Assembly (NCBI GenBank): GCA_009886305.1
Contig: QXZO01000188.1
Coordinates: 7,612-37,015 of the forward strand
Source of the DNA: Betaproteobacteria bacterium
GTDB taxonomy: Bacteria > Pseudomonadota > Gammaproteobacteria > Burkholderiales > Eutrophovitaceae
DNA length: 29,404 nucleotides
Direction: 5' to 3'
Below the pieces are notes generated by a model. It was given only the letters and a program-made list of their open reading frames with translations, was not told the origin of the DNA and did not search any database. Both the position numbers and the translations under genes were made by a program. Shown here piece after piece: positions 16,677 through 26,027 of the stretch. The stretch's first letter is position 1, and every line of letters begins with the position of its first letter.

Positions 16677-18083
16677 ATGTTTTTAGGTGATTTTGTTTTT
16701 CTCGATTTAGAAACGACAGGAGCTACTGCCGGCTCTGACCGCATCACTGAAATCGGTCTGATATCAGTCAAGAACGGTCAATATGTAAATGAGTGGCAGA
16801 CTCTTATTAACCCCCAAAGAAGCATTCCGAATAACATCCAATTAATTACAGGTATTTCCAATGAAATGGTTGAAAATCAACCAACATTCGAGGACATCAG
16901 TAATGCTTTATTCAAACGCTTAGAGGGGAAAATTTTAGTTGCACATAATGTTCGGTTTGACTATGCATTTCTACGAAATGAATTCAAGTCATGTGGTATC
17001 AAATATGCACCTAAGCGACTTTGTACAGTAAAACTATCTCGCCTCCTTTATCCGGAGGAGAGAAAACATGGGTTAGACAGCATCATAAAGCGCCTGAGAC
17101 TAACAGGCGGCACCCGCCATAGAGCAATGACGGACACTCGAGCCATCTGGGATTTTGCACAACATGTTCAGAAGGAATTTGAACCGTCTTTAATTTCCTC
17201 GTCAATAAATAAACTCATAAAAGAGCCATCTCTTCCAAGAGGTATCGATCAAGAGATGATTGATACCATTCCCTCGTGTCCAGGCGTTTATATCTTCAAG
17301 GGCGAGAACGACTGCATCTTATATGTAGGGAAAAGCAAGAATATTCGCTCTCGTGTCATTTCACATTTCAGCGGAGATCACTCAAACAAAAAAGACTTAA
17401 AAATCAATCAAAATATTAATGGAATTGAATGGTGTGAATCAGCTGGCGAGCTTGGGGCTTTGCTTCTCGAATCGCAACTCGTGAAAACGCTAAATCCAAT
17501 CTACAACCGACAGCTGCGCCATAGGGAAGAGACTTTTACCATACATTGGAATCCCATGGATCAACCAAAAACCCCTTTGGTCACACCATTATCAAACTTT
17601 GAAGAAATCCCATTCGGTAACATATATGGTGTTTTTGCGACTCAAAAACAAGCATTAAAAACACTCAAAGACTTAGCAAAATTCAATAACCTATGTTTGA
17701 AAAACTTAGGTTTAGAATCGGGAGACGGCCCCTGTTTTTCCTACCAATTAGGAAACTGTAAAGGCATTTGCGTAAATAAGGAACCGAGTCTCAACTATGC
17801 GATGCGACTATCAATCGCTTTAAATAGGCATTTAATTCCAGATTGGCCCTTTAAAGGAGAAGTGCTGTTAGTAGAGCAAAGTGAGCGCAGCGGACTTCTA
17901 GAAAAACATACAGTTAACAACTGGACGCATATGCATTATGAGATAGAAGGACAAAATGAAACGTCCGATTATCGATTATCTCCACCCAAAGAGTTCGATC
18001 ACGATACGTTCCAAATTTTACGAAAGCAGATTTCAAGGTCCGACTCTAAGATAACAATAATTCCGAAAAACCAACGGGCCTGA
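16677..18083 (+). CDS. DEDDh 3'-5' exonuclease (Pol III epsilon-like) fused to a UvrC/Cho-like GIY-YIG endonuclease
   Basis: FLDLETTG, VAHNVRFD and HRAMTD, followed by PGVYIF...LYVGKSKNIRSRV...HF, GALLLE and a four-Cys cluster. Confidence 0.88.
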   Translation: MFLGDFVFLDLETTGATAGSDRITEIGLISVKNGQYVNEWQTLINPQRSIPNNIQLITGISNEMVENQPTFEDISNALFKRLEGKILVAHNVRFDYAFLRNEFKSCGIKYAPKRLCTVKLSRLLYPEERKHGLDSIIKRLRLTGGTRHRAMTDTRAIWDFAQHVQKEFEPSLISSSINKLIKEPSLPRGIDQEMIDTIPSCPGVYIFKGENDCILYVGKSKNIRSRVISHFSGDHSNKKDLKINQNINGIEWCESAGELGALLLESQLVKTLNPIYNRQLRHREETFTIHWNPMDQPKTPLVTPLSNFEEIPFGNIYGVFATQKQALKTLKDLAKFNNLCLKNLGLESGDGPCFSYQLGNCKGICVNKEPSLNYAMRLSIALNRHLIPDWPFKGEVLLVEQSERSGLLEKHTVNNWTHMHYEIEGQNETSDYRLSPPKEFDHDTFQILRKQISRSDSKITIIPKNQRA

Positions 18084-18100
18084 ATTCTCTAGATAAGCCA

Positions 18101-18892
18101 TTACGTTGAGTGTTGTCCAAGAAAGGCAAGTATGGACGCATTGAATTGCTGAGGTTGCTCTATATTGGACAGGTGGGATGCACCCGCGATAATCGAAAGG
18201 TTGGATCCTGGTGCCGCCGCTTGCATCTCTAGCGACATGGCGACAGGAGTACTCATATCCGAGTCACCCGCTATTATTTCTATGGGTGCGTTAATCTCAT
18301 TAAGCCGACTCGTACAATTAATTTTCGAAATAGCATGGCAACATCCGACATACCCCGTAACAGATGTCTGCTGAATAAGATTTGAAACAAACTCTACCTC
18401 TGGCCTTGGTTGGCTTAAAAACGGTTCCGTAAACCATCGCGCCAAAACTCCAGGCACCATCCCTTTTATACCCCCGTTTTTCGCTGAGTCGACTCTCTCT
18501 TGCCACGCCGGTAGATTTTCAGGAGGCATTCGGCTCGTCGTATTGCACAATATTAAAGAAGCGAAGGAACCAGGAAAGTTGACTGCATATGTCATCCCAA
18601 TCATCCCCCCCATGGACAAACCTATCCAGTGAGGGCGAATGATCTTCAAGCTATCAATCAACGCTTTTGAATCTAACGCCAATTCGTCGAATGAATAAGG
18701 CCCCTCTGTTGCCTCACTTCCTCCATGGCCCCGCGTATCAAAAGCCAAGACACGATAATCATTCTTTAAAATATCTATTTGTGGCCCCCACATCGTTAAA
18801 TCACACATTAAAGAATGGCTCAAAACGACCCAGGGACCCGAATCACCAAAGACTTCATAATTAAGTACTACACCGTTAACTCGCTTTTGCAT
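18101..18892 (-). CDS. pcaD: Alpha/beta hydrolase, 3-oxoadipate enol-lactonase-like
   Basis: LSHSLMCDLTMW, FDTRGHGGS, GLSMGG nucleophile elbow, RWFT, GYVGCC and HLSNIEQP. The substrate is not proven. Confidence 0.8.
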   Translation of the reverse strand: MQKRVNGVVLNYEVFGDSGPWVVLSHSLMCDLTMWGPQIDILKNDYRVLAFDTRGHGGSEATEGPYSFDELALDSKALIDSLKIIRPHWIGLSMGGMIGMTYAVNFPGSFASLILCNTTSRMPPENLPAWQERVDSAKNGGIKGMVPGVLARWFTEPFLSQPRPEVEFVSNLIQQTSVTGYVGCCHAISKINCTSRLNEINAPIEIIAGDSDMSTPVAMSLEMQAAAPGSNLSIIAGASHLSNIEQPQQFNASILAFLGQHST

Positions 18893-19027
18893 TATTCTGA
18901 ATCCTTTAATTTATGACTAATCAATAAGTGATGACTTTTAGCTCGGTGTAAATTTTTACAAATCAACCGTTAAAATAAAGATAGCTACACCGAAAGATCA
19001 CGATAACAAAAATGTCGGAGGGGCATT

Positions 19028-20026
19028 GTGAGAGTTATTCAATACAGAGGGTTAGATGGCGCAAGGCGAGTCGGTACAGTTTCCGATGATGGGGCTGTAC
19101 ATACGATTAGAGGGGCCACCACCAGCTATGCGCTCGCTTTAGAAGCTATAAGAAAAAAATTACCAATCGAGCAAATTATTCAAGAGCGGGTCAGCCATGA
19201 GAAGGACAGCATGGATAAAATTATCTCTGATAAAAGAATTCATGTTCCCTTCCACCATCCGGATCCCTACCATCAACTCATTACAGGAACGGGATTATCT
19301 CACCTTGGAAGCGCGAGCGCTCGGAACTCAATGCATGAAAAACTTACCGAAGATGAGTCCTCCATGACGGATTCGATGAAGATGTTCAAATGGGGTCTTG
19401 ATGGCGGAAAACCCAGCGCAACGGAAATCGGTACACAGGCAGAGTGGTTCTATAAAGGCGATGGCGACTGGGTTGCAGATCCAGAGGCACACCTTATTTG
19501 GCCAACATACGCATTAGATGGCGGTGAAGAGGTAGAACTTGTTGGCATATACATAGTTGATGAGGAGTCCAGCGTTTGGCGCGTGGGATATGCATTAGCT
19601 AACGAATACGCCGATCACGTTATGGAAAAACAAAATTATCTCTATCTGGCTCATTCAAAATTGAGACACTGTTCATACGGTCCAGAATTACTACTCGGAG
19701 AACTGCCTAATGACGTAAAAGGTAAGGCGAGACTAATTAGGTCGGATAACGTCATTTGGGAAGAAGACTGGCTGTCCGGAAATAAAAATATGTCACACTC
19801 AATAGAGAACCTTGAGCATCATCACTTCAAATATCCTGAATTTAGGAGGAAGGGTGACGTCCACATTCATTTTTTTGGTGCGGCGACCGGCAGTTTTACC
19901 AAAAATATTGAAACTCAAGACGGTGACACATTCGAAATTGAATCGGAAAGTTTCGGGTACCCGCTGAGGAATACGCTGTCAAAAAATGAAAGCGAAGATA
20001 AAAAGATAACCATCAAACCTTTATAA
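19028..20026 (+). CDS. AraD1/GguC family protein (fumarylacetoacetate hydrolase fold)
   Basis: HPDPYH, TGTGLSHLGSASAR, TDSMKMFKWGLDGGKP, QAEWFYKGDG, DGGEE, YLYLAHSKLR and DVHIHFFG. GTG start after GGAGGGG. Confidence 0.88.
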   Translation: MRVIQYRGLDGARRVGTVSDDGAVHTIRGATTSYALALEAIRKKLPIEQIIQERVSHEKDSMDKIISDKRIHVPFHHPDPYHQLITGTGLSHLGSASARNSMHEKLTEDESSMTDSMKMFKWGLDGGKPSATEIGTQAEWFYKGDGDWVADPEAHLIWPTYALDGGEEVELVGIYIVDEESSVWRVGYALANEYADHVMEKQNYLYLAHSKLRHCSYGPELLLGELPNDVKGKARLIRSDNVIWEEDWLSGNKNMSHSIENLEHHHFKYPEFRRKGDVHIHFFGAATGSFTKNIETQDGDTFEIESESFGYPLRNTLSKNESEDKKITIKPL

Positions 20027-20209
20027 ATTGGCATTATCAGGTGCCCGACCATTTCCTTGATGGAGGATTTCTTTGGGTACTCATCAAGAAAATGAGATAA
20101 TGTATAACGTAAATAAGTATGAAGCATCGATGTACATCCACAATCATAATGAGCTTTAAAAGCTCAAGAACGAAATACTGTTCAATTAGAAAAATAAATC
20201 GACCACGCC

Positions 20210-21286
20210 ATGACACAAGAACTCATCAATAATTTAAACGTTAAAACGCAACAGATACTATCGACGCCACAAATTATAAAAAAGGAAATTCCCGTTCCTG
20301 AAAAAGCAATATCTACAATCATCAATGGTAGAAAAGCCATTGAGTCAATTTTAGACGGAACGGATAAACGCCTTCTGGTTGTGGTTGGCCCTTGCTCAAT
20401 ACACGACACGAAAGCTGCAATGGATTATGCCAAGAGGCTGAAGACCCTTTCAGAAAAAGTATCTGAGTCGATGATGATTGTGATGCGCGTCTATTTTGAG
20501 AAACCCCGGACTACAGTTGGTTGGAAAGGCCTTATCAATGATCCACACATGGATGAATCCTTTGACATCGAAGAAGGACTTCGTATCGCGAGACGTCTGC
20601 TGATTGATATCAATGAAATGGGATTGCCAGCCGGAACCGAAGCGCTAGACCCAATTAGCCCACAATATTTAGGCGACCTAATTGCCTGGAGTGCTATTGG
20701 TGCGCGCACAACTGAATCTCAGACTCACAGAGAGATGGCTAGTGCGCTCTCCTCTCCGGTTGGATTTAAAAACGGTACTGATGGCGGTCTTTCAGTAGCA
20801 GTCAACGCCCTTCACTCGGTATCTAACCCGCACAGTTTCCTCGGCATAAATAGCGACGGCCAAGTGGCGATCACGCACACCAAAGGTAATCGCTATGGCC
20901 ATATAGTCCTGCGTGGAGGTTCGAAAGGCCCCAACTACGACTCCGTTTCCATCTCACTGGTTGAAAAAGAGCTCAAAGAAGCAAATTTGCCCTCGAATAT
21001 CATTGTCGATTGTAGTCATGCGAACTCAAACAAAGATCACAACTTACAACCACTTGTCTTTAATGACTGCGTCAATCAAGTGGTCGACGGAAATGAATCC
21101 GTGATCGGCATGATGCTCGAGAGTAATATCGGCCCAGGAAACCAAAAACTTCTTAAGGACCTAAACCAAATGGAATATGGCGTATCTATTACCGATGCTT
21201 GCGTTGATTGGTCCGTTACTGAAAAGACCATGCTCGATGCACATCAAAAGCTTTTACCAATCATTTCCACTCGCAAATTAAATTAG
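20210..21286 (+). CDS. aroF: 3-deoxy-7-phosphoheptulonate (DAHP) synthase, class I-alpha
   Basis: VVVGPCSIHD, MRVYFEKPRTTVGWKGLINDP, IGARTTESQTHREMAS, GFKNGTDG, DCSHANS and SITDAC. Closer to AroF by eye; the feedback specificity is unknown. Confidence 0.93.
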   Translation: MTQELINNLNVKTQQILSTPQIIKKEIPVPEKAISTIINGRKAIESILDGTDKRLLVVVGPCSIHDTKAAMDYAKRLKTLSEKVSESMMIVMRVYFEKPRTTVGWKGLINDPHMDESFDIEEGLRIARRLLIDINEMGLPAGTEALDPISPQYLGDLIAWSAIGARTTESQTHREMASALSSPVGFKNGTDGGLSVAVNALHSVSNPHSFLGINSDGQVAITHTKGNRYGHIVLRGGSKGPNYDSVSISLVEKELKEANLPSNIIVDCSHANSNKDHNLQPLVFNDCVNQVVDGNESVIGMMLESNIGPGNQKLLKDLNQMEYGVSITDACVDWSVTEKTMLDAHQKLLPIISTRKLN

Positions 21287-21289
21287 ACC

Positions 21290-22102
21290 TCACTCGTCCA
21301 ATTCATCTGTCGTTGAGTCTATTGACGTCGGTTGAAGCCTTTGAATCGTCGAGTAGCTCAAAGCAATCAAGGCAACTTCAAATGGCAACACAAGCCAAAC
21401 CAATACAGCACCGATAAACTCGGCCAGAGGCAATCCCGTGGAACTAAACCAATTAATTCCTAGAGCAATCGCTAAGGGAAAAATCACAGCCAACAACATC
21501 AGTACCAAACCATTCCCCTTGGTCACTAGCCATGACCATTTCAAAGCCTCGAACACGCCAATGTCTGGATTCCTACTGACCTCCGGAAAGACGAGTATCA
21601 AACGCGCGGCAATATAAATCGGTGGTAAAAAGTTAAGCATCGCAAAAAAACCAACATCACCGAACACGTTAAAAATGCTAACGAGAATTGTGCTGGCGAT
21701 GGCCAATACAAACATAAAAATCATCCCTAAGGAAAACATGGCTAAAGTAAACTTAGTTTCGGACAACCCCCAGGAAATTGGTGAGCACTCTTCAATATCG
21801 CATTCTAATAACACTCGATATGCACGCACAGATGCGATAATTGTAATGAAAAACATAGCGATAACTACAAAATACATGACCCCGAAACTACCGACATCAG
21901 TGTTAAGTTCGTTCCCCTCTCCAGTAACGCCAAGATCTTTCCCGACATCAATACCGAATGAATCGGCAAAAGATAGGGACATTCCGATTACAAATGGCAG
22001 CCAAAGTGAACGAGCTAGCACTAAACGCTTCTCATAAGCGAAGATTGCCGCCCCAAATATCAATTTGAGCAAGGGTAATTTACTATTAGGATTCTCAGTC
22101 AT
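21290..22102 (-). CDS. Hypothetical multi-pass membrane protein
   Basis: 270-aa ORF with about 6-7 hydrophobic helices and an acidic C-terminal tail. No recognisable catalytic motif. Confidence 0.7.
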   Translation of the reverse strand: MTENPNSKLPLLKLIFGAAIFAYEKRLVLARSLWLPFVIGMSLSFADSFGIDVGKDLGVTGEGNELNTDVGSFGVMYFVVIAMFFITIIASVRAYRVLLECDIEECSPISWGLSETKFTLAMFSLGMIFMFVLAIASTILVSIFNVFGDVGFFAMLNFLPPIYIAARLILVFPEVSRNPDIGVFEALKWSWLVTKGNGLVLMLLAVIFPLAIALGINWFSSTGLPLAEFIGAVLVWLVLPFEVALIALSYSTIQRLQPTSIDSTTDELDE

Positions 22103-22109
22103 GTGTTTT

Positions 22110-23405
22110 TTATCTTTGTGAAACTTTTTCGATATGTCGATGTTTCAAGTATCCGCGAAGCATCCAAGTGAAGCCTAACACCTGAAGAATTAAAAAAATA
22201 CTAAATGCACGAGCATAGCCCTCAGGAGCATACCCTCCGCCCTGCACAGCGTCCCACTGATTCAGTATGATACCGAACAGCCACTGAGACGCGAAAGCGG
22301 TAAGAAATGCCAATAAATTTAACGCAGTTGTAGCGCGCCCAGTCAGATGAGTGGGAAAGCTTTGGGAAATAATTGAAAATGCGAGACTACCCGATGTACC
22401 TAGTAACCCCCAACCAACCCAGATCACCCATGACATCTGAGTGACCTCGAAAACTAGAAGGAGCTGCAAGACCATATACGCACTGGTAGCCCAAATAAGA
22501 ACGACGATCGGCTGAATCCCACGGCGACTCATACGCGTCGCAAATGCTCCCCAAAAAAGAAACCCGACCATGGTAGCAAGTCCTAACAACAACAAGTGTA
22601 ATGCCACACTGGGTCGATCTAATTCAGCCACATCAGATAACCAAGGTCCTGCCCATAAACCTTGAACAGACATATTAAACGCTTGCGGCAACACAGATCC
22701 CAAAGCGATACTCCAAAATATTGGCGCTTTGTATACGCTCAACGCACCCCGCAATTGATCTTTAGTAGAACCAATATCGTAAGTATCTTTTTTATCAGGT
22801 GCGATAAAGAAAATAATCACTGAGGCAATAACAGTTGCAAAAAATAAACCAACGAAAAGTTCTCTCCATCCGGTGAAAGACAACATAAACTCTACTGGCG
22901 CTGTTGCAGAGATTGCACCAAGACCACCGACAAACATAATTCTTCCAGTCATCTCAGGCAGTTTTTCTTTTGGAAACCACTGCGAGAAAATCTTAATACT
23001 CGACATAAGGCAAGCAGCCACCCCGAAACCTATAAATGCACGACCCAAGAGAAGCGTTTGAAAATCGTCTGCTTTAGAGAATATCAGTGCGCCAATAGAT
23101 GCCAAAATCAGCAGTGAAGCGTTAACACGTCTTGGCCCAAATCGATCTAAAAACACACCGATTGGAATTTGCAGCGATGCGAATGTAAGAAAGTAAACCG
23201 AAGTTAAAAGTCCCAATTGACTAGCACTTAAGTCAAACTCGGAAATAAGATTTGGCGCTATAACAGCATTAACGGAGCGAAACAAATAAGATAAGAAATA
23301 TCCACAGGCAAATGGCAAGAAGACCAGTAAAGCTTGTCGCATCGAGGTTGATTGTCCGCCCCCTTCCGGAGTTAAGACCGTGACATCTTCCCTTGGTCTA
23401 ATCAC
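22110..23405 (-). CDS. MFS transporter
   Basis: About 12 TM segments, GYFLSYLFRSVNAVIAP, motif A-like GVFLDRFGPRR and GRAFIGFG. The start is either the GTG overlapping the pmbA stop or the ATG at 23342. Confidence 0.9.
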   Translation of the reverse strand: MIRPREDVTVLTPEGGGQSTSMRQALLVFLPFACGYFLSYLFRSVNAVIAPNLISEFDLSASQLGLLTSVYFLTFASLQIPIGVFLDRFGPRRVNASLLILASIGALIFSKADDFQTLLLGRAFIGFGVAACLMSSIKIFSQWFPKEKLPEMTGRIMFVGGLGAISATAPVEFMLSFTGWRELFVGLFFATVIASVIIFFIAPDKKDTYDIGSTKDQLRGALSVYKAPIFWSIALGSVLPQAFNMSVQGLWAGPWLSDVAELDRPSVALHLLLLGLATMVGFLFWGAFATRMSRRGIQPIVVLIWATSAYMVLQLLLVFEVTQMSWVIWVGWGLLGTSGSLAFSIISQSFPTHLTGRATTALNLLAFLTAFASQWLFGIILNQWDAVQGGGYAPEGYARAFSIFLILQVLGFTWMLRGYLKHRHIEKVSQR

Positions 23406-24744
23406 CGCCGACAGTCATTGAATCTATCAACAAAGAGCCAACTTTAAATGACGAACGGTTTAAAGGGTCACTTCCAACCCCTCGGATAGCTTTAAACATA
23501 TCTTTAAGATTTCCGGCCACAGTGACCTCTTGCACTGGATGAATTATCTCCCCATTTTCCACCCAAAATCCTGATGCCCCACGAGAATAATCTCCCGTTA
23601 CCATATTGGTTCCGTGCCCAAGCAAATCAGTAACAAGGAAACCCGTACCCATCATCTTTAATAAATCATTAAAGTCGTGCGTGTGACCTTGAGCATGGAC
23701 AGATAGATTATGAGCACCACCCGCGTTCCCCGTCGAGGTCAGCCCAAGTTTTTTAGCAGAATATGTACTTAGAAATAAACCCTCTAATTTTCCAGATGAC
23801 ACAATTGAGCGCTTTTCAGTTCGCACGCCTTCATTGTCGAAAGCAGAGCTGGACAACCCACGTCGCACGAATGGGTCTTCTTCAATTGAAAAAAAATCGG
23901 GGAAAACACTTTCTCCGATGACACCTTCAAGAAAGGACTGTTTACGATATAAATTACCGCCGCTAACTGCAGAAACAAAATGTCTCAAAATGCCGGAAGC
24001 AATTGGAGCCTCAAATACAACTGGTATTTTCTTAGTGTTGATCTTTTTCGCACCTACTTTCCCAAGAGCACGACGACCCGCCTGCTTCCCAATATCAAGG
24101 GCCGCCTCCATATCATCTGCACATCGTGCGGTGCTCCACCACCCATCTCTTTGCATTTGATCGCCCTCACCTGCAGTCACAGAACAACTAATATAATGCC
24201 GAGTACTAGGAAACCCATGAATAAAGTCATTTGAATTAGCGTAAACGAACTGACCCTCTTGAACAGATACGCTAGCACCTTCCGAATTTTTAATCTCCGG
24301 GCTTATGTCAAATGCTGCCTGCTCACATTCACGTGCAAGAATAATTGATTTCTCCATCGAGATATTCCACGGATGGTAAAGATCAAGCTCAACGATCTCT
24401 TTAGCTAACCGATTTGGATCAGCCAATCCAGAGAAAGGATCCTCTGCAGTCAGCTGGGCAATAGCTACGGCAGCCTCGACCGTATGCTTGATTGCATTCT
24501 CTGTAAGGTCAGACGTGCTGGCAAAACCCTTACGCTGCCCAACATAGACCGTCACACCCAACCCTTTATCTCGGTTGTACTCTAAATTCTCAACTTCACC
24601 TTTGCGCACAGATACGGCGCTTCCAAGCCCTTCATTAAGGTCCACCTCAGCGGAGCTCGCTCCTAAGGCTTTTGCCAATTGGATGGTTTGTTGGGCAATT
24701 TCTTTGAATTGGTCTATGCTATACGCGAATTTTTCTTGGGCCAT
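23398..24744 (-). CDS. pmbA: Metalloprotease PmbA (TldE)
   Basis: SVRKGEVENLEYNRDKGLGVTVY, MQRDGWWS, SGGNLYRKQSFL, FDNEGV, GNAGG and TGDYSRGASGFWVENGEI. Confidence 0.93.
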   Translation of the reverse strand: MAQEKFAYSIDQFKEIAQQTIQLAKALGASSAEVDLNEGLGSAVSVRKGEVENLEYNRDKGLGVTVYVGQRKGFASTSDLTENAIKHTVEAAVAIAQLTAEDPFSGLADPNRLAKEIVELDLYHPWNISMEKSIILARECEQAAFDISPEIKNSEGASVSVQEGQFVYANSNDFIHGFPSTRHYISCSVTAGEGDQMQRDGWWSTARCADDMEAALDIGKQAGRRALGKVGAKKINTKKIPVVFEAPIASGILRHFVSAVSGGNLYRKQSFLEGVIGESVFPDFFSIEEDPFVRRGLSSSAFDNEGVRTEKRSIVSSGKLEGLFLSTYSAKKLGLTSTGNAGGAHNLSVHAQGHTHDFNDLLKMMGTGFLVTDLLGHGTNMVTGDYSRGASGFWVENGEIIHPVQEVTVAGNLKDMFKAIRGVGSDPLNRSSFKVGSLLIDSMTVGGD

Positions 24745-24861
24745 TGTATTAAATTACTCATGATTAACTTATGGATTAACTAATAATGCTTAAAATTATA
24801 GGACTCTCAATACGAGTTAAGTAATGCATGATATCACCACCACCAATTTCCTATCAGACTT

Positions 24862-25350
24862 ATGGAATCGTCACGACCAAGTAAAACAAAACAAAAAAAA
24901 GAAATGGAAGAGCTGCAAAACATCGGTAAAGCACTTGTCGACCTTCCTAAAGACCTTTTAAAAAAATTGGATCTTCCAGACTCCTTAAGAGATGAAGTAC
25001 TAGGAGCGAAAAAAATTTCTCAAAATGGCGCAAAAAGAAGACAGTTGCAATTCATCGGGAAGATAATGCGAACTATTGAGGTTGAGCCAATCCGCGCACA
25101 ACTTGAACAACTCAAGCAACCCTCTGCGCAGAAAGTAAAGCTCCTACACGCGGCAGAGTCTTGGCGTGAAAAAATGATTTCTAACGAAAACGGTTGTAAG
25201 GAATTTATAAGGCTGTACCCGAAAGCAGACTCAAACATACTAGAAGAGCTGATTTCAGACTGTCGAGGAACAATGAACTCTAGATCAAAAATTTCTTACC
25301 GAAAATTATTTAAATTTATATCTACATTGTTACAAAAAAATGAGAAATAA
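24862..25350 (+). CDS. yjgA: Ribosome-associated protein YjgA (DarP, DUF615)
   Basis: SKTKQKKEMEELQNIG, KRRQLQFIGKIMR, LHAAESWRE and YRKLFK. Divergent from pmbA as in other Proteobacteria. Confidence 0.9.
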   Translation: MESSRPSKTKQKKEMEELQNIGKALVDLPKDLLKKLDLPDSLRDEVLGAKKISQNGAKRRQLQFIGKIMRTIEVEPIRAQLEQLKQPSAQKVKLLHAAESWREKMISNENGCKEFIRLYPKADSNILEELISDCRGTMNSRSKISYRKLFKFISTLLQKNEK

Positions 25351-25421
25351 AGTCAAGCATATCAATTTGGTATAGTCCTAAGAGAATTAGATAGAATAAA
25401 ATACAAAGGTTAAACCACTAT

Positions 25422-26012
25422 ATGAGCGAAGAAAAACTACGTATCGGACTTGTCTCCATCAGCGATCGGGCTTCTAGCGGGGTATATAAAGACGAAGGAT
25501 TGCCCTCTTTAAGAGAATGGCTGGATAGCGCAATAGTGAACCCGATTGAATATGTTGAAAAACTAATACCCGATGAACAAGGGATAATTGAATCCAACTT
25601 AATAGAGATTGTGGATCAAGCACAATGCGACCTTGTCCTTACAACTGGGGGAACCGGTCCCTCACCTAGAGACGTAACTCCTGAGGCAACTTTAGCTGTC
25701 GCGGATAAAATAATGCCAGGATTTGGTGAACAAATGCGACAGATCAGTCTTAATTTCGTGCCCACAGCAATCCTATCCCGACAAGCAGCCGTAATTAGAA
25801 AGAAAAGTCTTATAGTTAATTTGCCGGGACAACCGAAAGCCATCAAAGAGACGTTAGAAGGATTGAGAAATAATGAAGGGCGCGTAATCGCACACGGAAT
25901 TTTTGCTGCTGTCCCCTACTGCATCGACCTCATCGGCGGGCCTTATATTGATTGCCGAAAGGATTTCTGCAATGCTTTCAGGCCTAAATCAGCCATAAAA
26001 AACAAAAGTTAG
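25422..26012 (+). CDS. mog: Molybdopterin adenylyltransferase
   Basis: IGLVSISDRASSGVYKD, TTGGTGPSPRDVTPEAT, PTAILSRQ, NLPGQPKAI and GIFAAVPYCIDL. Confidence 0.95.
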   Translation: MSEEKLRIGLVSISDRASSGVYKDEGLPSLREWLDSAIVNPIEYVEKLIPDEQGIIESNLIEIVDQAQCDLVLTTGGTGPSPRDVTPEATLAVADKIMPGFGEQMRQISLNFVPTAILSRQAAVIRKKSLIVNLPGQPKAIKETLEGLRNNEGRVIAHGIFAAVPYCIDLIGGPYIDCRKDFCNAFRPKSAIKNKS

Positions 26013-26027
26013 CAGGCATCATCGCTA

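Noticed and set aside
18943-18993. TyrR box, and the inverted repeat TCGGTGTA/TACACCGA
   Set aside because: TGTAAA and TTTACA are 2 nt apart, not 6. An 8-bp inverted repeat separated by 35 nt is readily expected by chance.
20027-20127. TPP-riboswitch-like words on the minus strand and the 70-aa ORF 19915-20127
   Set aside because: Core TPP elements (CTGAGA, a complete P4/P5) are missing. The ORF overlaps araD1 antisense and has no features of a real protein.
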